Shown here: piece by piece, positions 34,684 through 46,991 of the stretch
Layout of the letters: each line of letters begins with the position of its first letter
Numbering within the stretch: the first letter of the stretch is position 1
NCBI GenBank assembly: GCA_963695345.1
Contig: OY968769.1
Coordinates: forward strand, 2,464,001 to 2,528,000
Length of the DNA stretch: 64,000 nt
Source: an uncultured Methanomassiliicoccales archaeon
Lineage (GTDB): Archaea; Thermoplasmatota; Thermoplasmata; Methanomassiliicoccales; UBA472
Direction of reading: 5' to 3'
The notes under the pieces: generated by a model
What the model was told of the DNA's origin: nothing
Databases searched by the model: none
The model's input: the letters and a program-made list of their open reading frames with translations, nothing else
Made by a program: the position numbers and the translations under genes

Positions 34684-34914
34684 TTATCAGCAACAATAAT
34701 AGCAGGCCATCTCTTGGGCCGGTACTGTGCAATCTGAATGTTCTGGGGGCTCCTGGGCCTCGGAATCCGTTCCATCGCACGAGAGCTGAAAAGATGTCGC
34801 ATTCATTGGACCAGATAGCCACTTATTGGCTTTCTATCTCAGTTCAATGAATGGGAGGGGTGCGGGATCTCGATCGGATGGAATGAGTTCATTCAGCCAA
34901 TTTGGCGATGTTCA

Positions 34915-36810
34915 CTATCCTCTTATTCCAGAGTGGGGCGCCCGCATGATGAACCGAGCCCCGCTGCCCGCCAAGCCTTCTTCCGATATCCTTATGCCGG
35001 TAATGGAGAGGATCTCGTGCGATAGGAACAGCCCGAAACCATGGTCCTTGCCTGTCCCCCTTATGAACAACTTCTTCCTCAACGAGGCGGAGACACCTGT
35101 TCCATCGTCCTCGCATGCAATTGCCTTCGTTCCATCTCTCTCCTCTAGGTAGAAACGTATCCGGGTCGTCTTCCCGCCGTGCTTGATGGCGTTATCGACC
35201 AGATTATGGAACACCTTGACTATCAGAGGATCTGCGAACATCTCAACGCTCGATGGAACGTCGTTCTGCAACGTTATCTGTCCCAGATGGACCTCGTCCG
35301 CGCTCTTGTCCACCAACGCCCTGACGTTCTGCCATGCGGGGATGTGCTCTCCGATGTCCTCATATTCCTTGGTGAACTGGATCATGGAGGATATGCGTTC
35401 CGCGGCCGTTTTGGCCTTGATAAGGCGTTGTTCGAAGGAAACGCTTACCGACTCGTTCTCCATAAGTGCCAGATAGCCAGAGAGCGCGACCAGCTGGTTG
35501 TTGATGTCATGCCGGGTGATGCTCGACAAAAGGTTGAGCTTACGATTCGCCAAATGAAGGGCAACCTCTATGTTCTTCCTTTGAGTGATATCGTGGGAGA
35601 AGATGAGGACCCCGCTTTCCCTCTCGCTCGGACCCGGCACATAGGTGAAGACAGATAGGAACCAGTGCTCACTTCCGGAAAAGATGACCAGGTCCTCGAA
35701 CTCCATCGGCCCGTCCGAATTCACCGCCTTCTTGATGCGGTCCAGGTAGGTCGTCCCCTTCTCTTCGAACAGGTCTTTGATGTTGCGCCCAATAAGATCC
35801 TCAGGTTTGCTGTTAAGATATCCGGCGGCGATCGAGTTCATCAGGATCAGGCGCCCTTCCAGGTTCCAGTAGCCCAGACCGATCCCGGCGTTGTCAAGGA
35901 TCGCGCGGTGCATGACCTCACTATCTCTCAGATTGCGCTCGGCTTCGATCCGGTCCTTGATGTCGATCCCGAGCCCCATGAAGAACGATGAGTCCTTGGT
36001 GTCGAACCGTTTGCCGGTGAGCAGGTAAGGGACCTCGGATCCATCCTTCATGACCAGCGGGGCCTCGATGCTCGCCTGCCCCACCTCCATCAAGCTGTTG
36101 ATGGCTGCCAGGACGGCGTCCGAATTGTCAGGAAGATGCCAGGATAGGACATGCTTTCCGATCATCTCGTCGGCGGTGTAGCCGCTCACTTCCTGATGGT
36201 TCTTGTTCCAACGGACCAGGCGAAGTGATTCCGCCTCGTACAGGTAGAATATCCCGGGTAGGCTGTCCATGAGGGACTCCGAGAAGGCCATTTCCTTTCC
36301 GAGCTCCTCCTGGGCCCGGACGATCTCTTCCAACTGGGCCTGAAGTTCCACTTCTGCCGATTCCAATTCCTCATTGACCACGCGCAGTTCCTCGTTATGG
36401 CTTCGCATCGATTCCTCCGTCCGGTATCGTCTCACCGCCGCGAGGATATGATGGCGGAGTTCCGCGAAAAGAATCTCTGGCTTGTTGTCCTTCCGGAGAT
36501 AAGCGTCGGCTCCGTTGTTCAGGGCATCGATGACTATCTCCTCTCGCCCTTTCCCTGTCAATAGGATGAAGGGCGTCCTGTCGTTCTTGCTACGCAATGA
36601 TTTGAGGAACATCATGCCGTCTTCTTCGGGCATCTGATAGTCAGAGACTATGGCATCGTATCCGCCCCGCGAAAGTGCTTTCCTGGCCTCCTTTACCGAA
36701 CCGCACATCTGGACCTCGATATCCCCCGGATGGCCCAGATACTCCTTGATCAAGGTACATATGTCTGGTTCATCGTCGATTACCAGTATCTTGACCTTGG
36801 AGGACGCCAT
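34915..36810 (-). CDS. REC-PAS-PAS-histidine kinase
   Basis: ILVIDDEP..SDYQMP..TGKG; SSITRHDINNQL; NLVDNAIKHG; GFGLF. Confidence 0.92.
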   Translation of the reverse strand: MASSKVKILVIDDEPDICTLIKEYLGHPGDIEVQMCGSVKEARKALSRGGYDAIVSDYQMPEEDGMMFLKSLRSKNDRTPFILLTGKGREEIVIDALNNGADAYLRKDNKPEILFAELRHHILAAVRRYRTEESMRSHNEELRVVNEELESAEVELQAQLEEIVRAQEELGKEMAFSESLMDSLPGIFYLYEAESLRLVRWNKNHQEVSGYTADEMIGKHVLSWHLPDNSDAVLAAINSLMEVGQASIEAPLVMKDGSEVPYLLTGKRFDTKDSSFFMGLGIDIKDRIEAERNLRDSEVMHRAILDNAGIGLGYWNLEGRLILMNSIAAGYLNSKPEDLIGRNIKDLFEEKGTTYLDRIKKAVNSDGPMEFEDLVIFSGSEHWFLSVFTYVPGPSERESGVLIFSHDITQRKNIEVALHLANRKLNLLSSITRHDINNQLVALSGYLALMENESVSVSFEQRLIKAKTAAERISSMIQFTKEYEDIGEHIPAWQNVRALVDKSADEVHLGQITLQNDVPSSVEMFADPLIVKVFHNLVDNAIKHGGKTTRIRFYLEERDGTKAIACEDDGTGVSASLRKKLFIRGTGKDHGFGLFLSHEILSITGIRISEEGLAGSGARFIMRAPHSGIRG

Positions 36811-36999
36811 TTGGTCTCGTATCATCCAACGAATGAATAATGGTTCTTGCGAGACTATCAAAACTGACATTCAAGAATCGAAGAGTAAACACCCTGTCAA
36901 AGAATCATAATCCACGCTCTGGACCTCAACGCTTGAAGCGGAGTCCGATATTAATGCGGTAGCTAATATATACCGCAATATTTGATACAAATCCTGCAG

Positions 37000-39900
37000 A
37001 TGTTTTCCTTGCCGCTTCAAGTCCTTGTGGTCGACGATGAACCGGACCTGTGTACACTGTCAAAGGAATTTCTTGAGATCCCCGGTGACATTCACGTGGA
37101 CATCGCCTATTCGGTAAGGGAGGCGAGGGGCTCGCTGGCAAATAAACCGTACCAGGTCATCGTGTCCGATTACCAGATGGCCGTTGAGGACGGCGTTCAA
37201 TTCCTGAAATCTCTAAGGTCTCGCGGTGACAGCACCCCATTCATCCTCTTCACTGGCAAAGGCCGCGAGGAAGTGGCCATTGAGGCTCTCAACAATGGAG
37301 CGGACGCTTACATACAGAAGGGCGGAATGCCAGGACCGATGTATGCGGAGCTCAGGCATCGAATAATGGCGGCAGCCGGGAAAAGGCGGGCGGAAGAGGA
37401 GATCGCCCGCACCCTTTCGATCCTGGAATCGACCATGGAATCCACGGCGGACGGAATAATGGTCGCGGACGGGAAAGGGGCGATCGTCCTGTCCAATGAA
37501 GTGTTCAGGGAAATGTGGGGAATCCCTCAGGAGATCATGGCGGCCAAGGATGATGATAAAGCGTTGGACTTCGTCATTCATCAGATCAAGGATCCGGAGC
37601 AGTTCCTCGCAACGGTAAGGGACCTTTACGGAGCTCCCGATAAGATCAGTTTCGACGTCATCGAGCTGAATGATGGCCGTGTTTTTGAACGGTACTCCAG
37701 ACCGCAAAAGATCGGCTCAATTGTGATTGGTCGTGTCTGGAGCTTCCGCGACGTCACTGAGAGGAAGAGGATGGAGATGTCGCAGAGGGAAAGCGACGCG
37801 CTGTATCGCTCGATCCTCAATGCATCGCCCGATGCGATCATCGTTATTGATACCCTAGGCAAAATACTGATGGCATCCCCTGCCGGATATGTCATGTTCG
37901 GCCTAAACAAGGAGGAAGATGTCAAAGGACGATCGATCATGGATTTTCTCTCGCCCAAGGAAAGGGAGAGGGCAATAGCCAACATTCGATCGATTCTAAA
38001 CGGAGCCTTCATCGGCCCCGACGAATTCCAAGCCATTCGAATCGATGGCAGCTCACTGGTCGTGGAGGTGAACACCGACCTGATCAAGGACCTTGATGGT
38101 CATCCATCGGAATTGATCATAGTCATCCGGGACATCACCCAACGGAAGAGGTTGGAGATTGAACTTTCCGAGAGCGACGAGTTCCATCGCCAACTGATGT
38201 CCAACATATCGATGGGAGTGGTCATCATCGATCCGCTGACCCGAATCATCGAGAATGTGAATGGCGCGGCAGCCGCGATGTTCGGCGCCGCCGAGGGAAA
38301 GATCATCGGGAACAGATGTCATTCGTTTCTCTGCCCAGCAGAGGAAGGGCGCTGTCCGGTTTGTGATCTCGGGAAAGAGGTGGACAATTCAGAGAAGATA
38401 CTGCTTTGTGCCGATGGAGGCAAACGCTCGATCATAAAGACGGTCAAGAAGACCAACATCAATGGTCGAGAGAAGCTGCTGGAATGTTTCGTTGACATCA
38501 CCGAACATAAGAGGGATGAAGAAGCCTTAAGGGCCAGCGACGGCCGGTTCCGGGCCTTGTTCGAATCCTTCGGCGATACCATGTGGGTCATCGATCAGGA
38601 GACGGGGAACATAATCGACGTCAACCCGGCGGCGACACAGATGTATGGATACACCAAGGAGGAGTTCCTCACCTTTGCCCTGACCAAGGTTTCCACCGAC
38701 CCCGAGGGCACCATTAGCCTCCTTCGCAATCCAGGTCGAAGTCACCTTCCACTCCGGTATCATAGACGCAAGGATGGATCGATCATACCAGTGGAGATAA
38801 CCTCAAACACATTCCAGGTCGATGGAAGGACACTTGTCATCGGTACGGTCCGGGACATAACAGAACAGATAAATGCCCAGAAGGAAATCGAAGAGAGCGA
38901 AGCGAAATATCGTGGTCTTTTCGACAACATGCAGGACATGGTCGCTTTTCTGCGCCTGATCCGGGATGAGCGGGGCGTGGCAACCGACGGGACATTGATC
39001 GATGCGAATATGGCGGCACTGACAACATTGAGGCAACCCACCCTGGATAAGGTTCGGGGAAAAACGATAGAAGCGTTTCTCAGCCCTGATTCGGCCTCAA
39101 GATTACGCCGCAATATCCTGAATATGGAACAGACCGGAAAACCGTTGACCGATGAGATACATTCAGAGATCGTAGACCGGGATTTCCTCACCACCATCGT
39201 ACCACTGGGCGAAGACAACGTAATCATCACCAGCACCGACATCACTGAGCGCAAGAAAGCCGAGAGTGAAAGGCTGAAGGCCATTCAAAGATATGAAAAT
39301 CTGGCCTCCAGGATCAAGGTCGGAATTTACCTTCTGCGCAATACATCTGAAGGGGCGTTCTCGTTCGACTATGTCAGTCCCAAGATGGCCGAACTTTTCG
39401 ACGTCGAAGTTGGGCCATTGCTCAATGATGCTTATATCCTGTTCGGATCGATCCATCCCGAAGATCTGGATGACCTTATCAAACTGAATGAGGAAAAGAC
39501 CCGGCTGAAGCAGCTCTTTGAATGGGAAGGGCGCATCATAACGAAAGACGAACATACCAGATGGTTGAGGCTCGAATCATCCCCAGAGCCTCTTCCGAGT
39601 GGCGATACCTTGTTCCACGGGATCGCCATCGACATCACAGAACAGAAGAGGATGGAAGAAGCGTTGCGGGACGGCGAGGAGAAGTTCCGCGAGATATTCA
39701 ACCATGCGAACGACGCGATCCGCGTGCATGAGATCGACGATATGGGCGTTCCTGGGCAATTTGTAGATATCAATGATGTTGCATGCCGCACGCTTGGCTA
39801 TACTCGGGAGGAGATGCTCCGAATGAAACCATCGGACATTTCGACAGGTTTCTACAAACCAAGCTTCCCATGTGTGTTAGCGGCTCTCGAGAATGAGGGC

Positions 39901-40713
39901 TGGGCGAAATTCGAGACTGAGCATCGACACAAGGACGGAACGATCATCCCGGTCGAGATTAACGCTCATATCGCGAGATTCCAGGGTAAGAGAAATACGA
40001 TCGCGGTCTGCCGTGATATCTCGGAGAACAAACGTCAGATGAACGCCCTAAGGACCGCGAATGAGAAGCTAAACCTTCTATCCGGCATCACCCGCCATGA
40101 TATCAGGAATCAATTGATGACCTTATCCGGTTTTTTGGAACTGATCGATTGTGAGGAGAACCGCGACCAATGCGATCAGCATCTCCAGAAGGCCAAGGCC
40201 GCCGCCAACCGGATCTCCGCCATGATCCAATTCACAAAGACCTATGAGGATATAGGGGTGAACGCACCAGTATGGCAAAATGTCAGGGAATTGGTGGACA
40301 TATGCTACAAGGGTGTGCCGGCAGGGCAGATACACTTAATGAACGATGTGCCACCGGGGGTTGAGATATTCATCGATCCTCTCATTGTGAAGGTTTTCCA
40401 TAATCTGGTCGATAACGCCATCAAGCACGGCGGGAAGACGACCACGATCCGATTCTTCCTGGAGGAAATAAACGGGATAAGTTCGGTCATATGTACGGAC
40501 GATGGGGACGGGGTCCCGCCCGAGGCGAAGAACTGTCTTTTCAGGAAAGGATTCGGTAAGGACCACGGTCTCGGCCTATTCCTTTCCAGAGAGATCCTCG
40601 CCATCACTGGGATAACGATCGCTGAGGTGGGTTGTCTAGGTGAGGGAGCGAAGTTCCGTATGACAATACCATCTGGGGGACTCCGGACAAGTCCCGCCTG
40701 TTCCGACACTTGA
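37000..40713 (+). CDS. REC-multi-PAS (about 7)-histidine kinase
   Basis: VLVVDDEP..SDYQM; repeated DITE PAC ends; SGITRHDIRNQL; NLVDNAIKHG; GLGLF. Confidence 0.93.
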   Translation: MFSLPLQVLVVDDEPDLCTLSKEFLEIPGDIHVDIAYSVREARGSLANKPYQVIVSDYQMAVEDGVQFLKSLRSRGDSTPFILFTGKGREEVAIEALNNGADAYIQKGGMPGPMYAELRHRIMAAAGKRRAEEEIARTLSILESTMESTADGIMVADGKGAIVLSNEVFREMWGIPQEIMAAKDDDKALDFVIHQIKDPEQFLATVRDLYGAPDKISFDVIELNDGRVFERYSRPQKIGSIVIGRVWSFRDVTERKRMEMSQRESDALYRSILNASPDAIIVIDTLGKILMASPAGYVMFGLNKEEDVKGRSIMDFLSPKERERAIANIRSILNGAFIGPDEFQAIRIDGSSLVVEVNTDLIKDLDGHPSELIIVIRDITQRKRLEIELSESDEFHRQLMSNISMGVVIIDPLTRIIENVNGAAAAMFGAAEGKIIGNRCHSFLCPAEEGRCPVCDLGKEVDNSEKILLCADGGKRSIIKTVKKTNINGREKLLECFVDITEHKRDEEALRASDGRFRALFESFGDTMWVIDQETGNIIDVNPAATQMYGYTKEEFLTFALTKVSTDPEGTISLLRNPGRSHLPLRYHRRKDGSIIPVEITSNTFQVDGRTLVIGTVRDITEQINAQKEIEESEAKYRGLFDNMQDMVAFLRLIRDERGVATDGTLIDANMAALTTLRQPTLDKVRGKTIEAFLSPDSASRLRRNILNMEQTGKPLTDEIHSEIVDRDFLTTIVPLGEDNVIITSTDITERKKAESERLKAIQRYENLASRIKVGIYLLRNTSEGAFSFDYVSPKMAELFDVEVGPLLNDAYILFGSIHPEDLDDLIKLNEEKTRLKQLFEWEGRIITKDEHTRWLRLESSPEPLPSGDTLFHGIAIDITEQKRMEEALRDGEEKFREIFNHANDAIRVHEIDDMGVPGQFVDINDVACRTLGYTREEMLRMKPSDISTGFYKPSFPCVLAALENEGWAKFETEHRHKDGTIIPVEINAHIARFQGKRNTIAVCRDISENKRQMNALRTANEKLNLLSGITRHDIRNQLMTLSGFLELIDCEENRDQCDQHLQKAKAAANRISAMIQFTKTYEDIGVNAPVWQNVRELVDICYKGVPAGQIHLMNDVPPGVEIFIDPLIVKVFHNLVDNAIKHGGKTTTIRFFLEEINGISSVICTDDGDGVPPEAKNCLFRKGFGKDHGLGLFLSREILAITGITIAEVGCLGEGAKFRMTIPSGGLRTSPACSDT

Positions 40714-40920
40714 ACAACCGAACAGGGATGCTGAGATCATCTACCATATAATGCTGGATGTTCTCGTTCGGGCGTTTAACGAACACCATTCCCGTCGATC
40801 GCCTTCTACCAAGTGGATCGCGTCCCCTGGAACATTGTATTGATATCAATCTACCAGAATTTTTTCTTAGATAAGAATTATTATATCTGGAATGAACATA
40901 CGGGTGTAGAGGGATGCACT

Positions 40921-42168
40921 ATGCCAAGTTCTTTTGTAAAGGATGCGCTAGCTAATGCTGGCGTAAAACAACCAGCCAATGCAAGCATGGGAAATCAACA
41001 AGCACCGGCCCAGCCAGCCTATCAACCGGCAGCTCCGGTCATGAGCGCCTCCGATGAGGAATTGCTCAGGATAGCGGCTTCGTTGGACGTTTGTATCAAG
41101 ATCGTCGGCTGTGGCGGTGGCGGAAGCAACACCATCAACCGCTGTGTCGATGCCGGAATAGCTGGCGGACAGCTCTGCGCTATCAACACGGATGCCAAGC
41201 ACCTGTTGACCATCAGGGCACCGAAAAAGATCCTGATCGGAAAGTCCAAGACCCGCGGGCTGGGAGCTGGAGCTAGGCCCGAGGTCGGAGAGGAATCCGC
41301 GCGCGAGAACGACAGCGAGATCAGGGATTTCTTGGCCGGCGCTAACATCGTATTCGTCACCGCGGGAATGGGCGGCGGCACCGGGACCGGCTCGGCGCAC
41401 TACGTCGCCGGTATCGCCAAGGAGCAGATCAGGGCGCTAACCCTGGGCATCGTCACCCTGCCGTTCAAGGCAGAGGGAACGATGCGTATGGAGAACGCAC
41501 TGTCCGGGCTGAACAAGCTGAGGCAGGTGTGCGACACGACCATCGTCGTACCGAACGACAAGCTTCTGGAAATGGTCCCGAAACTGCCGGTCGAAGCTGC
41601 CTTCAAGGTGGCGGACGAGGTCCTGATGCAGACCATCAAGGGACTCACCGAGATCATCACCAAGCCAGGCCTGGTCAATCTCGACTACGCCGATATCCAG
41701 ACCGTCATGAACGAGGGCGGTGTGGCATTCGTCGGTATCGGTGAAGGGAACACCGACAACGATGACCGCGTGGGAGCGGCCGTGCACGAGGCGCTGACCT
41801 CCCCGATGCTGGGCGAGGTCGACCTGAAGGGAGCCAAGGGCGCCTTGATCCGTGTTGTCGGAGGGCCCGACATGACCGTAGGAGAGGCCCAGAGGGCTGC
41901 GGAGATCGTCACCAAATCCATCAGCGAGAGGGCCCGGATCATCTGGGGATGCTCGATCGAGCCAGAACTGACCGGCACCATCAAGATCCTGCTGATCATC
42001 ACCGGGGCCAAGAGCCAGTACATGCTCGACGGCCGCGGAATGAACGGCATGAACACCCAGCCTTCGAGGGGAGCGCCTCAAACCCAGTATGCGCGCAACC
42101 CCGCCCCCCAACCGCAGCAGTACCAGCAATCAAGACAGCGCGACGATGATGTAGACTTCGTGCGCTGA
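40921..42168 (+). CDS. ftsZ: Cell division protein FtsZ
   Basis: [40 protein letters not shown]. Confidence 0.97.
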   Translation: MPSSFVKDALANAGVKQPANASMGNQQAPAQPAYQPAAPVMSASDEELLRIAASLDVCIKIVGCGGGGSNTINRCVDAGIAGGQLCAINTDAKHLLTIRAPKKILIGKSKTRGLGAGARPEVGEESARENDSEIRDFLAGANIVFVTAGMGGGTGTGSAHYVAGIAKEQIRALTLGIVTLPFKAEGTMRMENALSGLNKLRQVCDTTIVVPNDKLLEMVPKLPVEAAFKVADEVLMQTIKGLTEIITKPGLVNLDYADIQTVMNEGGVAFVGIGEGNTDNDDRVGAAVHEALTSPMLGEVDLKGAKGALIRVVGGPDMTVGEAQRAAEIVTKSISERARIIWGCSIEPELTGTIKILLIITGAKSQYMLDGRGMNGMNTQPSRGAPQTQYARNPAPQPQQYQQSRQRDDDVDFVR

Positions 42169-42196
42169 ACTTGGGGGCAAACGAGAACTGCGTCGG

Positions 42197-42230
42197 CGGA
42201 CGCACCCTTCCCATGCGGAAGGGGCGTCCG
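42197..42230 (+). terminator. Strong GC hairpin downstream of ftsZ
   Basis: CGGACGC-A-CCCTTCC-CATGC-GGAAGGG-GCGTCCG: 14 bp with one bulge. Confidence 0.45.
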
Positions 42231-42648
42231 ATATTCGGGTGCGCCGCCTTACTGATAGCAGGATAGGTTACAGGGTCCATCAAAAATGGATCGGATTAAT
42301 CACCTGTTTCATATCCCACTACAGTCGAAGTGCACCCTCTATGCAACCGGCGACGCGCACGAGCTACGATGCATTCCTCGGCCTTATCCATGGACCGGCG
42401 TCAACCCTTTTCATTTCTTGCTCTCAATTCTCATGTCGAGAACAAACTCGATGGCGTATCATCAATACAGGTCAGTCAACACAACATTGACCCAACAATC
42501 GCATGTTGATCTATCTTAGGAGTTCCTTTTTCGCTCAGGGAGGCAATGTATCTCCCCCATTTCGCCTCGTTCCATTCTGATATGGACATTATCCAGAACG
42601 ACCGATGACGAAGCTTGACAAATTCGATCGCTGATACAAATCTCAGTC

Positions 42649-43494
42649 CTATTCTTCCGAAATGTCAACCAGCGGATTTACCTTCTTGATCGCCTGCTCG
42701 AAATAATCCGGGTCGGTCAGAACAACGGACACGGCTTCGTTCACGCAGAACTCCGCACATCTCCCACAACCCCTGCAGGTCGAACCATCGATGGTCGCCT
42801 TACCGTCAACCATGGTGATGGCACGGACAAAGCAGATGTCCTGCTCAACGCACATCCCGCAGCCGGTACAGAGTTCTTCGATCACCTGCACCTCAAGACC
42901 GGGGAGCCGGGCCACTCCGGAGCCGATCGTTTCGTTCAGTTCCGGCAACATCTTCCAAAGGCAGCAACACTGGCAGCAATTGCAGATCGAGAGAAGATCT
43001 TCCTTCGGACCGGTATTTAGCCATAGGCTGTCGATCTTGTTTCTGCCAATGAGGTGCACCAGGCCGGCATCCCGGGCCTTCTTCATATGTTCGATGGCTT
43101 GCTCTGAGTCGACACGGCGGCCCATCTTCTCCGGGATACGGGTGACGCCGCGTCCGAGGAATATGCAACCAAGCTCATGCGGGTAGTCATGGCAATGGTT
43201 CGCCTCGCGGCACATGCAGGCGTTCATGATGAAAATATACCGTGAACGCCGCAGGAAATGATCGATGACCTGGGAGGGCAGTATGATGTTGCTTACTCCG
43301 ACCTCATGGTTGAGTTCGATGACCGTTCTCCTCACGGTCACATCACGGGGAAGATACATCATTTCGTCCCGCTCAAACAGGGCAAATTCAACCATCCGCC
43401 CAACCAACGGCAATCGGGTAAGTCGGGCTCCTAGGAATCTTTGCTTGAAGGTCGAACGGATCAACCGCGAGAACAGATCGGTACGGAGGCCCAT
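42649..43494 (-). CDS. 4Fe-4S binding protein with Cys-rich central domain
   Basis: CMCR...C..GC, GLVH, ICNCCQCCC, CTGCGMC..C, CRGCGRCAEFC. Confidence 0.85.
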   Translation of the reverse strand: MGLRTDLFSRLIRSTFKQRFLGARLTRLPLVGRMVEFALFERDEMMYLPRDVTVRRTVIELNHEVGVSNIILPSQVIDHFLRRSRYIFIMNACMCREANHCHDYPHELGCIFLGRGVTRIPEKMGRRVDSEQAIEHMKKARDAGLVHLIGRNKIDSLWLNTGPKEDLLSICNCCQCCCLWKMLPELNETIGSGVARLPGLEVQVIEELCTGCGMCVEQDICFVRAITMVDGKATIDGSTCRGCGRCAEFCVNEAVSVVLTDPDYFEQAIKKVNPLVDISEE

Positions 43495-43715
43495 CAGGAT
43501 ATCGTATTGACAGGATGGGTATATCAATTTGAGGGGAAATAACAAAGAACTGGATAGGATTGGGATCATCGCGTAAAGGAATCAGCATGATACATGGCCA
43601 TGCTGGAAACAACGAATAATTCTGATTTTCTAAGGAATCAAATCTGATTCAGGGACAATCAGTCTTAAAGCAGCAAAATTCGTCGCCTTGACGATCTTAA
43701 AGGGTTTGACATAAA

Positions 43716-46651
43716 ATGTGGCCGGAATTCCTGATCATCTGTTATTCTGTTTTTGTCATTTCCTGCTTGGTCATATTCATTGCCCTGCTGGGCAGGAGGC
43801 CGATCAGGGTCAGGGCAGGCTTGGTCATGCTTCCAGCTTGCGCATTGCTCTCTTTCGCATCGATAATTCAGACAATGTCCCCGAATTTCACGACCCTTCT
43901 GGTTACCTACTACTTCAACTCCCTCATGTTTGTGGTAATTTTCACCGGCTACATATTCTTCGCCGGAGAGTTCACCGACAGGTTCGATCCATTCAAAAAG
44001 AGGAACCTGATCCTGATACTTGCTGTCCCAGTGGTCGTCACTTTTTCGCTTATAACCGACCCCTGGCTTCACCTTTTCAATTCGTCATACTCTCTGTTGA
44101 GCGTACCGGACTTTGAACAGCAATTGCTCGGCATCCAGATATCGTGGATGAACTTCATATGGACCGCCTACTGCTATGTCATCGGGGCGATTTTCACCTT
44201 CATTCTTGCGGTGCGTCTGAACCGCGAACGCAGCAAGGTCATCCTGTACATATTCTTGATGAGCTTCGGGATCTGCTACTCCATGAACATCGGGTCACTG
44301 TTCTATGTGGACCTCATGGTGATGCCGATCGACGGGCTGTCGTTCACGTTTGTTACCCTCCTATTCTACACGGCAGCTCTGGGTTTCGGATACTTCGATA
44401 TTGCTCCAGTTGCGCGTAAGAAGATGTTAGATGTCATGAAGGACGCGATCTTCGTCCTCGATTCACAGGGTTCGATTACCGATGTCAACACTGCCGGTGC
44501 AGGATTGATCGGAAAGGAGAGGAACGAACTATTAAGAAAACCCCCATCCGCGATCATTCAAAAGTTCCCAGGATTGACAGAACTGATCATTCGAAAGGAA
44601 TCATTTTCGAACATCGAGACAAGCGATGAAATGGGAAGGACCTATAACGTGGAAATGATCCCCTTCCAGTACGGAAAGATCGGTCAATTCGGGAACATGC
44701 TGGTAATGAACGATACGACCGAAAGGAAGAAAGCGGAGAGGAAGTTCCTAGAGGCCGAGACCAGGGCCAAGATGGCCGAGGTCGATCGGAAATATAGGAC
44801 CCTAGTGGATAACCAGACCGAGTCGATCATAACCTTTGACGTGAATGGTAAAATCACATTCGGAAATCCTGTCTTTGACCGTATCATAAGGAAAATCGGA
44901 AAAGAACTTCATAAGGCCAACCTCAGCGACATCATGAGCGACATGGATAGGGAGACGATGTGGACCTTGATCCATAGGGCCACAGCCGGGAGGCCGGAAT
45001 TTCATTACGAACATATGATCTCATTCTCTGAGGATGAGGTCCTCTGGCTTCATTGGCAGGGAAAGGTGATATTCGACCAGAACGGCTCGATCAGAGAGGT
45101 CCAATCCGCCGCGATGGATATCACCGAGAAAAAGACCAGCGAGGCGGAATATCAGGCCATTGTGGAATGCCAGAAGGAAATGATAGTGCGGAGGACAAAA
45201 GCCGGCCGGATCAACTTTGCCAATCAGGCATTTTCCGCGTTCTTTGATGTCCCCATCGGGGAGCTCATCGGCAGCAGCTACTTCCCCCCGGCGGACGAGG
45301 AAGACATCATCTCCTTCATGGACGCCATTTCCTCGCTCACCAAGGATAAACCGGATCATGATTTTCTTCCTTTGAAAGTGTTCCTCGCCGATGATATCAC
45401 CAGGTTCACCGAATGGAAGGTGCGCGGCATTTTTGATTCCAAGGACCGGTTGATCGAATATCAGGCCGTGGGCAATGACATCACCGACAAGCTAAAAATG
45501 GAACAGGAGCTTGTCAAGACCCAGAAACTCGAGTCCATAGGGGTCCTGGCCGGAGGGATCGCCCATGATTTCAACAACCTTTTGTCCTCGATAGTCAGCA
45601 ACATCGAGGTAGCCACATCTGAGGCAACGATCGAGAGGGCTGCACGCCACAGGCTCGACGAGGCGGTAAGGACGGCTTTGAGCGCCAGGCGTCTTACTCA
45701 GCAGCTCCTCACATTCTCTACGGGGGGTAAACCGGTGAAGGAGGCAATGGACATCGCCACCATGTTGCGACCGAACATCGAGTTCACCCTCGCCGGTTCA
45801 AATGTCAAAGCTGATTACCGCATCACGAGCGATCTGCGCCATATCTCGGCGGACCCATTCCAGATCAGCCAGGTCATCAACAACCTGGTAATCAACGCCA
45901 TCCAGGCGATGCCAGACGGGGGAAGGATCATTGTGAACGCGTCTAACGCAGAGACCAAAGAGACGCCCACGGACCTGGCCGACGGAGTGGAATATATCGA
46001 GATATCCATAGCGGATACCGGTGCTGGGATGCCCGAAGAGATACAGAATAAGATCTTCGACCCTTTCTTCACCACCAAGAAGAAAGGAACTGGTTTGGGA
46101 CTTTCCACGGTTCAATCCATTGTCAAGAACCATCATGGAAGCATCCGGGTGGAATCCAAGCTGGGGGAGGGAACGACGTTCAACATCTACCTTCCAGCGT
46201 GTGAAAAGGACCTGATGGAGCTACCGGAACAACTACCCAAGGCGGTAAGGGTACGGGAAGCCAAGATCTGGTGATGGACGACGATGAGTCGATATTAGAC
46301 GTCCTTTCGATAATCCTTTCCGACATGGGCCATCATGTGGAGGTTGCCAGGACCGGGGAGGAGGCGGTGGAGTCTGTCTCCTCATCCGTCTCCGATAATG
46401 CGAGATTCGACCTGATCATAATGGACCTGACGATCAAGGGAGGAATGGGTGGGAAGGACGCTATCATACACATCCGGAGATTGGACCCGGAGATCCAGGC
46501 CATCGTATCAAGCGGATACTCCAATGACCCGGTGATGTCCGATCCCCAGAAATACGGTTTCAACGATGTTTTGCAGAAACCATACACCATACAGGAGATC
46601 AAGGAAAAGCTATCGACGATGCTCGGCGACGAAGTCGATCAAGGTTATTAG
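43716..46651 (+). CDS. Hybrid kinase: 7TM sensor (HisKA_7TM-like)-PASx3-HisKA-HATPase-REC; receiver split off by a 1-nt frameshift near 46270
   Basis: About 7 N-terminal TMs, LAGGIAHDFNN, FDPFFTTK.KGTGLG; KI|VMDDDE continues in ORF 46271-46651. Confidence 0.9.
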
Positions 46652-46991
46652 AAACAGACCGGTTTTGTTCATGTCGGAGCGATGTCATTTTCGGTCCTGA
46701 GGCACACTCAAGAGAGATTGTGGAAAGAATTGACCATGTTCCAAGCTACCCATTCGTTTAGCAACATATATTATCTAAAGAAGGCAGGGGAAGACAAGGT
46801 CGAATGTTCGGATTGAACAATTTCCAATTTATCGCTGAAATCTTCCCGCTTGTTCAAATATCTCAGGTCCGAATCATCAACCGTAGTGTCTGAGCTAATC
46901 GCGGCCTGGTCATGGACGATTGGAAAACATCGCCAGACTTCCGGCGAACCATTGGCGTTTGGACACGAGTTCGTTACAGGATGGGGATGAT

